Assembly (NCBI GenBank): GCA_903930675.1
Contig: CAIYZJ010000007.1
Span: 9,589 to 73,588, forward strand
Length of the DNA stretch: 64,000 bases
DNA from: an uncultured Hyphomicrobiales bacterium
Lineage (GTDB): Bacteria > Pseudomonadota > Alphaproteobacteria > Rhizobiales > Beijerinckiaceae
Reading direction: 5' to 3'
Part shown: piece after piece, positions 52,493 to 62,068 of the stretch
Position numbering within the stretch: position 1 is the first letter of the stretch
How the letters are laid out: each line of letters starts with the position of its first letter
Translations under genes and position numbers: made by a program
The notes under the pieces: model-generated
Seen by the model: only the letters and a program-made list of their open reading frames with translations
Told to the model about the DNA's origin: nothing
The model's database searches: none

Positions 52493-53518
52493 ATGCAGAA
52501 TATTTCACCTCCCCTTGCGACCGACGTCTGGCGGTTCAGCGTGGCTCCGATGATGGATTGGACCGACCGTCATTGTCGGGCCTTCCACCGCGTCCTGTCG
52601 CGGCGGGCGCGACTTTACAGCGAGATGGTCACGACAGGGGCGATCATCCATGGCGACCGCCAGCGCCTGTTGGGATTTGATGCCAGCGAACATCCGATTG
52701 CCCTGCAACTCGGCGGCTCGGACCCGCACGCCTTGGCCGGGGCGGCACGGATCGGCGTCGATTTCGGCTATGACGAGATCAATCTCAATGTCGGCTGTCC
52801 GTCCGACCGCGTGCAGGATGGCCGCTTCGGGGCCTGTCTGATGCGCGAGCCGCAATTGGTGGGTGATTGTGTGGCGGCGATCAAAGCGGTGGTCGAGGTG
52901 CCTGTCACCGTCAAATGCCGGATCGGGGTTGACGAGCAGGATATCGAAGAGGCTCTGGACACACTGGCCGATCGGGTGATTGCGGCGGGCTGTGACCATC
53001 TGGTGGTGCATGCCCGCAAGGCGTGGCTGAAAGGCCTGTCGCCCAAAGAGAACCGCGATATTCCGCCGCTCGATTATTCGCGCGTCTATCGGTTGAAGCA
53101 ACGGCTCGGTACCTATCCGGTTGCGATCAATGGCGGCATCCGCACGATGGATGAGTGTCAGGCCCATGTCGCCGAGCTGGACGGCGTGATGGTAGGGCGC
53201 GAGGCCTATCACAATCCCGAATTGTTGCTTGGCGTCGATCCGTTGCTGTTCGGGCAAGAGGCTCCGGTCAGCTCGGGCTTTGAAGCGGTTGAAGCCTATG
53301 AGCCCTATATGGCCCGGCAGCTTGAATCCGGCGGGCATTTGCACTCGATGGTGCGCCATATGCTCGGCCTGTTTCAGGGACGCCCCGGCGCGCGCGCCTT
53401 CCGCCGCCATCTGTCCACCCACGCCGTCAAACGCGATGCGCCGTTATCGGTGCTGCGCGATGCGGTGGCTTTGGTGTCGCGGGACTGGACGCCGGAACCA
53501 CCGGTAGTCAAAGCCTGA
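52493..53518 (+). CDS. dusA: tRNA dihydrouridine(20/20a) synthase DusA
   Basis: FSVAPMMDWTDRHCR.FHR.....LYSEMVTT.AI......LQLGGSDP...EINLNVGCPSDRV..G.FGACLM is the DusA signature. Start could be 52475. Confidence 0.92.
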   Translation: MQNISPPLATDVWRFSVAPMMDWTDRHCRAFHRVLSRRARLYSEMVTTGAIIHGDRQRLLGFDASEHPIALQLGGSDPHALAGAARIGVDFGYDEINLNVGCPSDRVQDGRFGACLMREPQLVGDCVAAIKAVVEVPVTVKCRIGVDEQDIEEALDTLADRVIAAGCDHLVVHARKAWLKGLSPKENRDIPPLDYSRVYRLKQRLGTYPVAINGGIRTMDECQAHVAELDGVMVGREAYHNPELLLGVDPLLFGQEAPVSSGFEAVEAYEPYMARQLESGGHLHSMVRHMLGLFQGRPGARAFRRHLSTHAVKRDAPLSVLRDAVALVSRDWTPEPPVVKA

Positions 53519-53532
53519 TCCGCTGGATTGAT

Positions 53533-53778
53533 TTACTGGTTGGGCTTGCCCGCGCAACGGCTGGCAGGGCGGCTCCACAGGGCTTTGCGCTCGGGCAATT
53601 GCGCCATGATGGTGATGCGTTCGGCCTCGTTCATCGCGCCCCATTGCATCACCTCTTGCAAGGTGCGGCCACAGCCCTCGCACAGGCCGGTGAGGCGGTC
53701 GATCACGCACAGTTTGATGCAAGGACTGGAAGCTGCCGGACTGGAAGCTGCCGGACTGGAGGTGTTCAAGGTGGTCAT
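53533..53778 (-). CDS. DUF1289-type small cysteine-rich protein
   Basis: SPCIKLCVIDRLTGLCEGCGRTLQEV..W is the DUF1289 pattern. Its ATG overlaps the cobS stop (ATGA). Confidence 0.7.
   Translation of the reverse strand: MTTLNTSSPAASSPAASSPCIKLCVIDRLTGLCEGCGRTLQEVMQWGAMNEAERITIMAQLPERKALWSRPASRCAGKPNQ
53723..53762 (-). repeat. In-frame 15-bp tandem repeat (GGACTGGAAGCTGCC), about 2.7 copies
   Basis: Copies at 53723-53737 and 53738-53752, with a partial copy at 53753-53762. It encodes SSPAASSPAASSP at the N-terminus of the DUF1289 protein. Confidence 0.9.
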
Positions 53779-54563
53779 GATGTCCAATTCGCACAAGCAG
53801 ACAGAGTGAGCAGAAAAGCCATTTCGGCGATTTGCTGGGCCGCGCCCGCCACATCACCGGTCTGGCCGCCGATCAGCCGTCGCGCCATCAGCAATAAAGG
53901 CATAACCGCAATAAAGCCGATGGGCCAGACAAGCAATACGGTTTCAACTTCGCAACCCGCCCACCATAGCAGAGCGCCCGACAGCAGCAAGGCGACGGCA
54001 AGGGTGGCGAGATAGGTGGTCCCGTCAGGCCGTCCTACAGCAGCCGCCTTGCCGTCGGGCTTGGCATTGGCCAAGAGCATCAGCGGTAAAAGTCCGGCCA
54101 TGCGTGACAAAGGCGCGATCGCCAGCACCAGCAAAGCGGTTTCGGTGGCGCCCAGAGCATCGATCAGATCGGCCAGCACAGTGATCCGGAGCAGAAACGA
54201 CAGCACCAGCGCTGCCCCGCCATAGGTTCCGATGCGGCTGTCGGTCATGATCTCCAGACGTCTGGCCACCGTCTGGCCGCCGCCAAGCCCGTCGGCGACA
54301 TCCGCCAAGCCGTCCTCGTGAAAGGCTCCCGTGCTCAAAACCGACATGGTCAGGGTCAGGCTGGCTGTGACCAGCGGTGACCAGAACCAGTCCGCCAACA
54401 CGATCACAACAGCAGCGGGCAGGGTGATGATCAGGCTGGCAAGCGGCAGCATCCGCACGATATGCGGAAAGTGGGGCAGGCCGTGCGGGTCTTTTTCAAA
54501 AGCAAAAACCGGCACCGGCAGGCGCGAGTAGAAACGGATGCAATCAATCAAGGCGCACAGCAT
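53775..54563 (-). CDS. cobS: Adenosylcobinamide-GDP ribazoletransferase (cobalamin synthase)
   Basis: RFYSRLPVP...TGAFHEDGLADVADGLGGG...R.LEIM.DSRIGTYG is the CobS signature. Start set at ATG 54563, giving about 262 aa. Confidence 0.9.
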   Translation of the reverse strand: MLCALIDCIRFYSRLPVPVFAFEKDPHGLPHFPHIVRMLPLASLIITLPAAVVIVLADWFWSPLVTASLTLTMSVLSTGAFHEDGLADVADGLGGGQTVARRLEIMTDSRIGTYGGAALVLSFLLRITVLADLIDALGATETALLVLAIAPLSRMAGLLPLMLLANAKPDGKAAAVGRPDGTTYLATLAVALLLSGALLWWAGCEVETVLLVWPIGFIAVMPLLLMARRLIGGQTGDVAGAAQQIAEMAFLLTLSACANWTS

Positions 54564-54700
54564 GGCGGGTTCCGCGGCAAAACATAAATCTGTCGAAAGA
54601 GGCACAGAGAGGGTTATAAGCAGAAATCGAATGAGTCTGTCAGTGCCACTTGCAATGATAGCAACAGGTTTGGACGGCAACAGGGTTGGGGTTGATTGAT

Positions 54701-55726
54701 ATGGTGTCTCCATTTGATGATATTCGGGCGTTGATAGCGTCTTTTCCAGATGCCGACGAGCGCGCCGCCGAGGTCGTGCGCGCCCGTGACAGCCAATTGG
54801 CCAAGCCGCCGGGCAGTCTCGGACGGCTCGAGCAGCTGGCGGTCTGGATGGCGGCATGGCAGGCCGATGACAAGCCGCATGTCACGCGTCCGCTGGTCTG
54901 CGTGTTTGCGGGCAATCACGGTGTGGTGGCGCAAGGCGTTTCGGCTTTTCCTGCCGATGTGACGCGGTTGATGCTCGATGCTTTCGGGGCAGGGGGCGGC
55001 ACGATCAACCAGATCTGCGCCAGCTTCGATTTCGGCTTCAAGGCCTTCGATCTGGCCCTGGATCTGCCAACCGCCGATATGACAGAACAGCCGGCGATGG
55101 ACGAGAAATCCTGCGTCGCCACCATGGCCTTCGGCATGGAGGCTTTGGCCGGTGGCGTCGATTTGCTCGGTTTGGGTGAAATGGGCATCGGCAATACCAC
55201 GGCGGCTGCCGCCATATATGCCGCCCTTTATGGCGGTGATCCCGACCGTTTTGTCGGCCACGGGGCGGGTGCGGACGAGGCGCAGATGCAGCGCAAGCGC
55301 GCGGCAGTGCGCAAGGCACTGGCATTGCATCAAGAAGCCTTGTCCGATCCGCTCGAGATTTTGCGCCGTTTGGGCGGGCGTGAAATCGCGGCCATGGCCG
55401 GTGCGATCATGGCCGCGCGTCTGCAACGCGTGCCCGTGGTGCTGGACGGCTATGTCGTGACCGCCGCCGCCGCCGTTTTGCATGCGATGGATCCGCACAG
55501 CATCGATCATTGCGTCGCCGGTCATCTGTCTGCCGAGGGCGCGCATGCGGAAGTGCTGGCGCATCTGGGCCTTGAGCCGATCCTGTCTTTGGGCATGCGC
55601 TTGGGCGAAGCCTCGGGAGCGGCTTTGGCGATGGTGATGATCAAAGCCGCGGTGGCTTGCCACAACGGCACCCACACCTTGGCTCAGGTCGGCATCGGTG
55701 CCGATCCTGCCATCAGCAAACACTGA
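54701..55726 (+). CDS. cobT: Nicotinate-nucleotide--dimethylbenzimidazole phosphoribosyltransferase
   Basis: LAKPPGSLGRLE.LAVW.A.WQ......V.VFAGNHGV...GVSAFP..VT..M...F..GG..IN and GEMGIGNTT are CobT motifs. Confidence 0.93.
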   Translation: MVSPFDDIRALIASFPDADERAAEVVRARDSQLAKPPGSLGRLEQLAVWMAAWQADDKPHVTRPLVCVFAGNHGVVAQGVSAFPADVTRLMLDAFGAGGGTINQICASFDFGFKAFDLALDLPTADMTEQPAMDEKSCVATMAFGMEALAGGVDLLGLGEMGIGNTTAAAAIYAALYGGDPDRFVGHGAGADEAQMQRKRAAVRKALALHQEALSDPLEILRRLGGREIAAMAGAIMAARLQRVPVVLDGYVVTAAAAVLHAMDPHSIDHCVAGHLSAEGAHAEVLAHLGLEPILSLGMRLGEASGAALAMVMIKAAVACHNGTHTLAQVGIGADPAISKH

Positions 55727-55739
55727 GGCCTACAGCAAA

Positions 55740-55769
55740 AAGCCCCTGCGAAGTGCTCCGCAGGGGCTT
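55740..55769. terminator. Bidirectional rho-independent terminator between convergent cobT and the dehydrogenase gene
   Basis: 11-bp stem AAGCCCCTGCG / CGCAGGGGCTT, 8-nt loop, with an A-run upstream and TGTTTTG downstream. Confidence 0.7.
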
Positions 55770-55799
55770 TGTTTTGATTGTCTGGCGTAAAGCCGGATC

Positions 55800-56669
55800 T
55801 TATTTGATCAGGCGGGCCAGCAGGCTCGACGTATCCCAACGGCCGCCGCCCATTTCCTGCACGTCGCCATAGAACTGATCAACCAGTGCCGTCATCGGCA
55901 GATGCGCGCCGTTGCGGCGGGATTCTTCCAGACAAATGCCCAGATCCTTGCGCATCCAGTCGACGGCGAAGCCGAAGGTGTAGGTGTTTGTGTTCATGGT
56001 CTTGTAGCGGTTTTCCATCTGCCAGGATTGGGCCGCACCCTTCGAGATGGCTTCGATCACCGCTTCCGCATCAAGACCGGAGCGCTTGGCAAAGGCAATG
56101 CCTTCGGCCAGACCCTGCACCACACCGGCGATGCAGATCTGGTTGACCATCTTGGTCAACTGGCCCGCACCCGATGGACCCAGCAATTTCACGGCCTTGG
56201 CAAAGGCGGTGATGACGGGCTCTGCTTTGGCGTAAATCTCGGCATCGCCGCCGCACATCACGGTCAGAGCACCGTTTTCGGCACCGGCCTGTCCGCCCGA
56301 GACGGGAGCATCGATGAAATGCACACCATGCTCATGCGCCTTGGCATAAAGCTCGCGGGCCACTTCGGCCGACGCGGTGGTGTTGTCGACGAAAATCGCA
56401 CCCTTTTTCATGCCGGCAAAGGCACCGTCCGGACCCAGCACCACCGAGCGCAGATCATCGTCATTGCCGACGCGGGCAAACACGAAATCGCAATCCTGTG
56501 CCGCTTCGCGCGGGGTTTTGGCGGCGTGTCCACCATGCTGCTTGGCCCAGCCTTCGGCCTTGGCGAAAGTGCGGTTGTAGACGGTCACATCATGGCCGCC
56601 TTTGGCCTTCAGATGGCCTGCCATTGGATAGCCCATAACACCCAGTCCCAGAAATGCCACTTTGGCCAT
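55800..56669 (-). CDS. NAD(P)-dependent oxidoreductase, 3-hydroxyisobutyrate dehydrogenase (HIBADH) family
   Basis: VAFLGLGVMGYPMAGHL (Rossmann fold), DAPVSGG..GA..G.L..M.GG, and GAGQ..K..NQ are family motifs. Confidence 0.88.
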   Translation of the reverse strand: MAKVAFLGLGVMGYPMAGHLKAKGGHDVTVYNRTFAKAEGWAKQHGGHAAKTPREAAQDCDFVFARVGNDDDLRSVVLGPDGAFAGMKKGAIFVDNTTASAEVARELYAKAHEHGVHFIDAPVSGGQAGAENGALTVMCGGDAEIYAKAEPVITAFAKAVKLLGPSGAGQLTKMVNQICIAGVVQGLAEGIAFAKRSGLDAEAVIEAISKGAAQSWQMENRYKTMNTNTYTFGFAVDWMRKDLGICLEESRRNGAHLPMTALVDQFYGDVQEMGGGRWDTSSLLARLIK

Positions 56670-56888
56670 GTGATGTCTCCCTCAAAATTTTGATGACGGC
56701 GGCGGGTGCTGCCCGTTGCTGCTCCTCACATAGCGCAGCACAGGGAAGAGTGACAGTCTCGATATTCAAAAAAATGCGCGGGGCGGGCTTTGCGCGACAG
56801 AAAATGCCGGTCGGGCGCGATCTTGTCTCGCTTCGTGCGGCGGGCTCGGGTAAAAGTCATGACGAATCCGGTTTGGGAGATGGGTCAC

Positions 56889-57995
56889 ATGGTCACGGAA
56901 CAGCATATTCGTCAGGCTCTGGCTAAAATTGCCGCCCCAGATGGCTCGGCCTCTCTGGCTGTGTCGCCGATGTTGCAGGGCGTTTCGGTGCAGGGCGACA
57001 AGGCTTATGTGACATTGCAATGCCCTGCCGATCAGGTCAAAACCTTCGAGCCTTTGCGTTTGCAGGCCGAAGCGGCGGTCAAAGCCGTTGCGGGCCTGTC
57101 TGGCGCTTTGGTGATGCTGACGTCCGAGCGGTCAGGCGATGCCAAATCCACCGCCGCCCAACCCGGCCCGCGTGCTGCGGCGGGGACGGCACGCAAGCTG
57201 GTGCCGGGTGTCAAACACATTATCGCGGTGGCATCGGGCAAAGGCGGCGTCGGCAAATCCACCACCTCGGTCAATCTGGCTTTGGGCTTGCAGGCTTTGG
57301 GCCTGAAAGTCGGCATGCTGGATGCCGATATTTACGGCCCCTCGCTGCCGCGCCTCTTGGCCTTGTCGGGCAAACCGGTGGTCAGCGAAGGGCGGATTCT
57401 GGAGCCGATGGAGGCCTATGGTCTCAAAGTCATGTCGATGGGCTTTCTGGTCGAGGAAGATGCCGCGATGATCTGGCGCAGGCCCATGGTGATGTCGGCC
57501 CTGCAGCAGATGTTGCGCGAGGTCAATTGGGGCGATCTCGACGTGCTGGTTGTCGATATGCCGCCCGGTACGGGCGACGCCCAACTCACCATGGCGCAAT
57601 CGGTGCCACTGGCGGGCGCGGTGATTGTCTCGACACCGCAGGATCTGGCCTTGATCGATGCGCGGCGCGGCATCGCGATGTTCCAGCGCGTTGATGTGCC
57701 TATTTTGGGTTTGGTCGAGAATATGAGTTATTTCCTGTGCCCGTCCTGCGGGTCGCGTTCGGATATTTTCGGCCATGGCGGGGCGATGCACGAGGCCGAA
57801 AAGCACGGCGTCGCCTATCTCGGCGGCGTGCCGCTGGAGCTGGAAATCAGGGAACGCTCCGACTCCGGCCGTCCGGTAGTGGCAACCTTGCCCGATGGTG
57901 CCCATTCCAGAATTTACAAAGCGATGGCGCAAAAGCTTTGGGACATCGTCAACGGCACGCCTGTGCGCAAAACGCCGAAAATCGTGATTGATTAA
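56889..57995 (+). CDS. apbC: Mrp/ApbC-family iron-sulfur cluster carrier ATPase
   Basis: IAVASGKGGVGKSTTSVNLA (deviant Walker A), DADIYGPS, VVDMPPGTGD, and the ENMSYFLCPSCG CxxC motif. Start uncertain (56859, 56880 or 56889). Confidence 0.92.
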   Translation: MVTEQHIRQALAKIAAPDGSASLAVSPMLQGVSVQGDKAYVTLQCPADQVKTFEPLRLQAEAAVKAVAGLSGALVMLTSERSGDAKSTAAQPGPRAAAGTARKLVPGVKHIIAVASGKGGVGKSTTSVNLALGLQALGLKVGMLDADIYGPSLPRLLALSGKPVVSEGRILEPMEAYGLKVMSMGFLVEEDAAMIWRRPMVMSALQQMLREVNWGDLDVLVVDMPPGTGDAQLTMAQSVPLAGAVIVSTPQDLALIDARRGIAMFQRVDVPILGLVENMSYFLCPSCGSRSDIFGHGGAMHEAEKHGVAYLGGVPLELEIRERSDSGRPVVATLPDGAHSRIYKAMAQKLWDIVNGTPVRKTPKIVID

Positions 57996-58080
57996 GTCAC
58001 CACAAGTCTGCCGACAGCAGATGTTTGACCGGGCTTGCTGCTCATTGCAGTCGATTTGACGAGATAAGGACAAGTCTTCC

Positions 58081-59193
58081 ATGGCCGAAAGCCAACCCGA
58101 CAACCTATCCGATGCTCCTGCAGCCCCCGATGCGCCTGCCAAGCCAAATCCGGCAACGCGTGGCAAGTCCTTGAAAAAGCTGATCCTGATCGGGATCGCT
58201 GCTTTGTTCGGCCTCTACGGGCTGTGGGCTTTGTTCGGCTATCTGGTCGAAGGGCGTTTTATGGTGTCCACCGACGATGCCTATGTGCGCGCCGACATGG
58301 CGGTGATTGCCGCAAAGGTGCCCGGTTATGTGGTGTCGGTTCCGGTGACTGACAACCAGATGGTCAAAGCGGGTGATGTGCTGGCTTTGATCGACGAGGG
58401 TGATTATCGCCTTGCTTTGCAATCCGCAGAAGCCCGTCTGGCGACGCAGGAAGCGACGATCAGCCGCATCGGCAACCAGATGCAGGCCCAGCAGGCGATG
58501 ATCTCGCAGGCCGAAGCCCAGATGCGGGCCGCCGAAGGCGAAGTGCTGCGCAGCGCGGCCGATCTGGAACGCGCCCAGAAACTGGTTGCCAGTGATTATG
58601 GCTCGCGCCAGCGTGTTGATCTGGCCCAGGCCGATGATACCCGTGCGCGCGCCAATCTGGCAGGGGCACGCGCCGGATTCCAAGGGGCTATTGCCACCCT
58701 TGATGTCCTCAAAGCCGGGCGGGCCGAAGCCCAAGCCTCGCTGAAAGAGGTTGAGTCCGGTGTGGCCAAAGCCCGCCGAGATTTGATGTTCGCGCAGGTC
58801 AAGGCGCCGTTTGACGGGGCGATCGGCAATCGGGCCGCACAACCGGGCCAATATGTCCAGCCCGGCAGCCGTTTGATGGCTCTGGTGCCGCTTGGCAGTG
58901 TCTATGTCGAGGCCAATTTCAAGGAAACGCAACTGGCGCGGATCAAAATCGGTCAAACCGCCCGATTGACGGTGGATGCCGCACCGGACCGGAGGATCGA
59001 AGGGCGTGTGGTGGGCATTGCACCCGCCTCCGGCGCGTTGTTCTCGCTGTTGCCGCCCGAAAATGCCACCGGCAATTTCACCAAAATTGTCCAGCGTTTT
59101 CCGGTGCGGATTTCCATCGAGCGGGCGCAGATTGATGAGGGCTTCTTGCGGGCCGGCATGTCGGTGGTCACCACTATTGATACACGGCCATAA
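58081..59193 (+). CDS. HlyD/EmrA-family membrane fusion protein of an MFS efflux pump
   Basis: TM anchor, TDDAYVRAD...V.V.DNQ.VKAGDVL..ID, long coiled coil, and C-terminal GNFTKIVQR.PVRI is typical of EmrA. Confidence 0.9.
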   Translation: MAESQPDNLSDAPAAPDAPAKPNPATRGKSLKKLILIGIAALFGLYGLWALFGYLVEGRFMVSTDDAYVRADMAVIAAKVPGYVVSVPVTDNQMVKAGDVLALIDEGDYRLALQSAEARLATQEATISRIGNQMQAQQAMISQAEAQMRAAEGEVLRSAADLERAQKLVASDYGSRQRVDLAQADDTRARANLAGARAGFQGAIATLDVLKAGRAEAQASLKEVESGVAKARRDLMFAQVKAPFDGAIGNRAAQPGQYVQPGSRLMALVPLGSVYVEANFKETQLARIKIGQTARLTVDAAPDRRIEGRVVGIAPASGALFSLLPPENATGNFTKIVQRFPVRISIERAQIDEGFLRAGMSVVTTIDTRP

Positions 59194-59226
59194 GATGGGC
59201 ACGAGCAGTCAAGCGGGGCGCGGATA

Positions 59227-60822
59227 ATGGCCGAAGCCAAGCCGAAAGCAGCCAAGCCGGCTGCCACGGTCCATCCTGCACCGCTGCCGCTGACCCCGCA
59301 ACGGATCATCGGTTTCATGGCGATGGTGTTCGGCATGTTCATGGCGATTCTGGACATCCAGATCGTCTCGGCCTCCTTGTCCGAAATTCAGGCGGGTCTG
59401 TCGGCCAGTGCCGATGAAATCCCGTGGGTGCAGACCAGCTATCTGATCGCCGAAGTGATCATGATCCCGCTGTCGGGCTATCTGTCGCGCGCTTTTTCCA
59501 CCCGCTATCTGTTCGCGGCTTCGGCGGCGGGCTTTACGCTGATGAGCGTGATGTGCTCGACCGCCAGTTCTATCCCCGAAATGATCGTCTGGCGGTGTTT
59601 GCAGGGCTTCATCGGCGGCGGCATGATCCCGACGGTGTTTGCGGCGGCCTATACGATCTTCCCGCGCGAGAAGCAGCCGATCATCGCCCCGATCATCGGC
59701 CTTGTCGCCACGCTGGCCCCTACCATCGGGCCGACCATCGGCGGCTATCTGACCGATCTGTTTTCGTGGCACTGGCTGTTTCTGGTCAATGTGATCCCGG
59801 GCATCATCGTCTCGGTCACGGTCTGGACGCTGGTCGATTTCGACGAGCCTGATTTGTCGCTGCTGGAGCGGTTCGATTGGGCGGGTCTGTTCTCGATGGC
59901 TCTGTTTCTCGGCACGCTCGAATATTTTCTGGAAGAGGGCTCGGCCAAGAACTGGTTCAGTGATGATACGATTGTGCTGTGCGCTTTGGTGTCGCTGGCC
60001 AGTTCGCTGGTTTTTTTCTGGCGATGTTTTACAGCCTCCCGACCGATTGTCGATCTGACCGCTTTCAATGACCGCAATTTCTGGACAGGTTCCCTGATGT
60101 CGGTGGCGATGGGCATCGGGCTTTATGGCCTGACCTATCTCTATCCGGTCTATCTGGCGCGGGTGCGCGGCTATTCGGCTCTGATGATCGGCGAGACCAT
60201 GTTTGTCACCGGCATCTCGATGTTCATTGCCGCGCCGATTGTCGGCAAATTGTCGGCCAAGGTCGATTTGCGGGCGATGATTGCCACCGGCTTTGCCGGT
60301 TTTGCCTTGGGCACATGGATGGTGGTCGATCTGACCAAGGATTGGGATTTCAACGAATTGCTGATCCCGCAAATCCTGCGCGGGTTCTGCATGATGATGT
60401 GCATGGTGCCGATCAACAATCTGGCCTTGGGGACCTTGCCGCCGCACCGGCTTAAAAATGCATCGGGCATTTACAATCTCACCCGCAATCTCGGCGGAGC
60501 GGTTGGCCTTGCCCTGATCAACACCATGCTGAACGACCGCACCGATCTGCATATCCTGCGCCTGCGCGAGTCGATCAGTTGGGGGCACCAACGCGCCGAG
60601 GAGGTGATGGCCAGTCTGACCATGCTGTTTTCCGACGATGCGGTGCAAGGAGCCTTGATGGCAACCAGACAGCTGTCACTGATGGTGCGGCGCGAGGCGA
60701 TGGTGATGGGCATGGCCGATGTGTTTTTCGCCCTGACACTGATTTTTATAGGTTTGATCGCGCTTGTCCCCTTGATGCGGGCCCCGCCGCGCAGCCAGAG
60801 TGCCCCTTCGGAAGCCCATTGA
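59227..60822 (+). CDS. DHA2-family (EmrB/QacA, 14-TM) MFS efflux transporter
   Basis: 531 aa. FMAILDIQIV..SL..IQ..L........WV.TSYL and WHWLFLVNV.PG are EmrB-type motifs. Directly follows the MFP gene. Confidence 0.9.
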   Translation: MAEAKPKAAKPAATVHPAPLPLTPQRIIGFMAMVFGMFMAILDIQIVSASLSEIQAGLSASADEIPWVQTSYLIAEVIMIPLSGYLSRAFSTRYLFAASAAGFTLMSVMCSTASSIPEMIVWRCLQGFIGGGMIPTVFAAAYTIFPREKQPIIAPIIGLVATLAPTIGPTIGGYLTDLFSWHWLFLVNVIPGIIVSVTVWTLVDFDEPDLSLLERFDWAGLFSMALFLGTLEYFLEEGSAKNWFSDDTIVLCALVSLASSLVFFWRCFTASRPIVDLTAFNDRNFWTGSLMSVAMGIGLYGLTYLYPVYLARVRGYSALMIGETMFVTGISMFIAAPIVGKLSAKVDLRAMIATGFAGFALGTWMVVDLTKDWDFNELLIPQILRGFCMMMCMVPINNLALGTLPPHRLKNASGIYNLTRNLGGAVGLALINTMLNDRTDLHILRLRESISWGHQRAEEVMASLTMLFSDDAVQGALMATRQLSLMVRREAMVMGMADVFFALTLIFIGLIALVPLMRAPPRSQSAPSEAH

Positions 60823-60892
60823 TCAAAATGCGCAAAGCACTATGATAGAGTTACGGATGATCTTAAAAAACTTGGATATCCAGAACAGTTAA

Positions 60893-61999
<1,107 letters not shown>

Positions 62000-62017
62000 T
62001 CAGGCTCACTCCAAAAG

Positions 62018-62052
62018 AAAGCCCCGGACCATTGCTGGTCCGGGGCTTTTTT
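62018..62052. terminator. Bidirectional rho-independent terminator between convergent TRAP SBP and permease genes
   Basis: 13-bp stem AAAGCCCCGGACC / GGTCCGGGGCTTT, loop ATTGCT, T-run 62047-62052. Confidence 0.75.
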
Positions 62053-62068
62053 GTGTCTGCTTGCCTGC

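Noticed and set aside
52433-53518. dusA as an integration hotspot for integrative elements
   Set aside because: The dusA 5-prime end looks intact. No integrase or foreign-looking genes adjoin it, and the neighbours are a glycosyltransferase and cobalamin genes.
2366-53762. Tandem repeats at 2366-2431, 8887-8934 and 53723-53762 as CRISPR-like or intergenic VNTR arrays
   Set aside because: All three are short (12-15 bp units), contiguous without spacers, and in frame within ORFs. They are coding microsatellites, not CRISPR arrays.
54564-54700. Possible cobalamin riboswitch between divergent cobS and cobT
   Set aside because: The spacer is only 137 nt and is shared by two promoters. I could not recognise a B12-box-like core, so no call is made.
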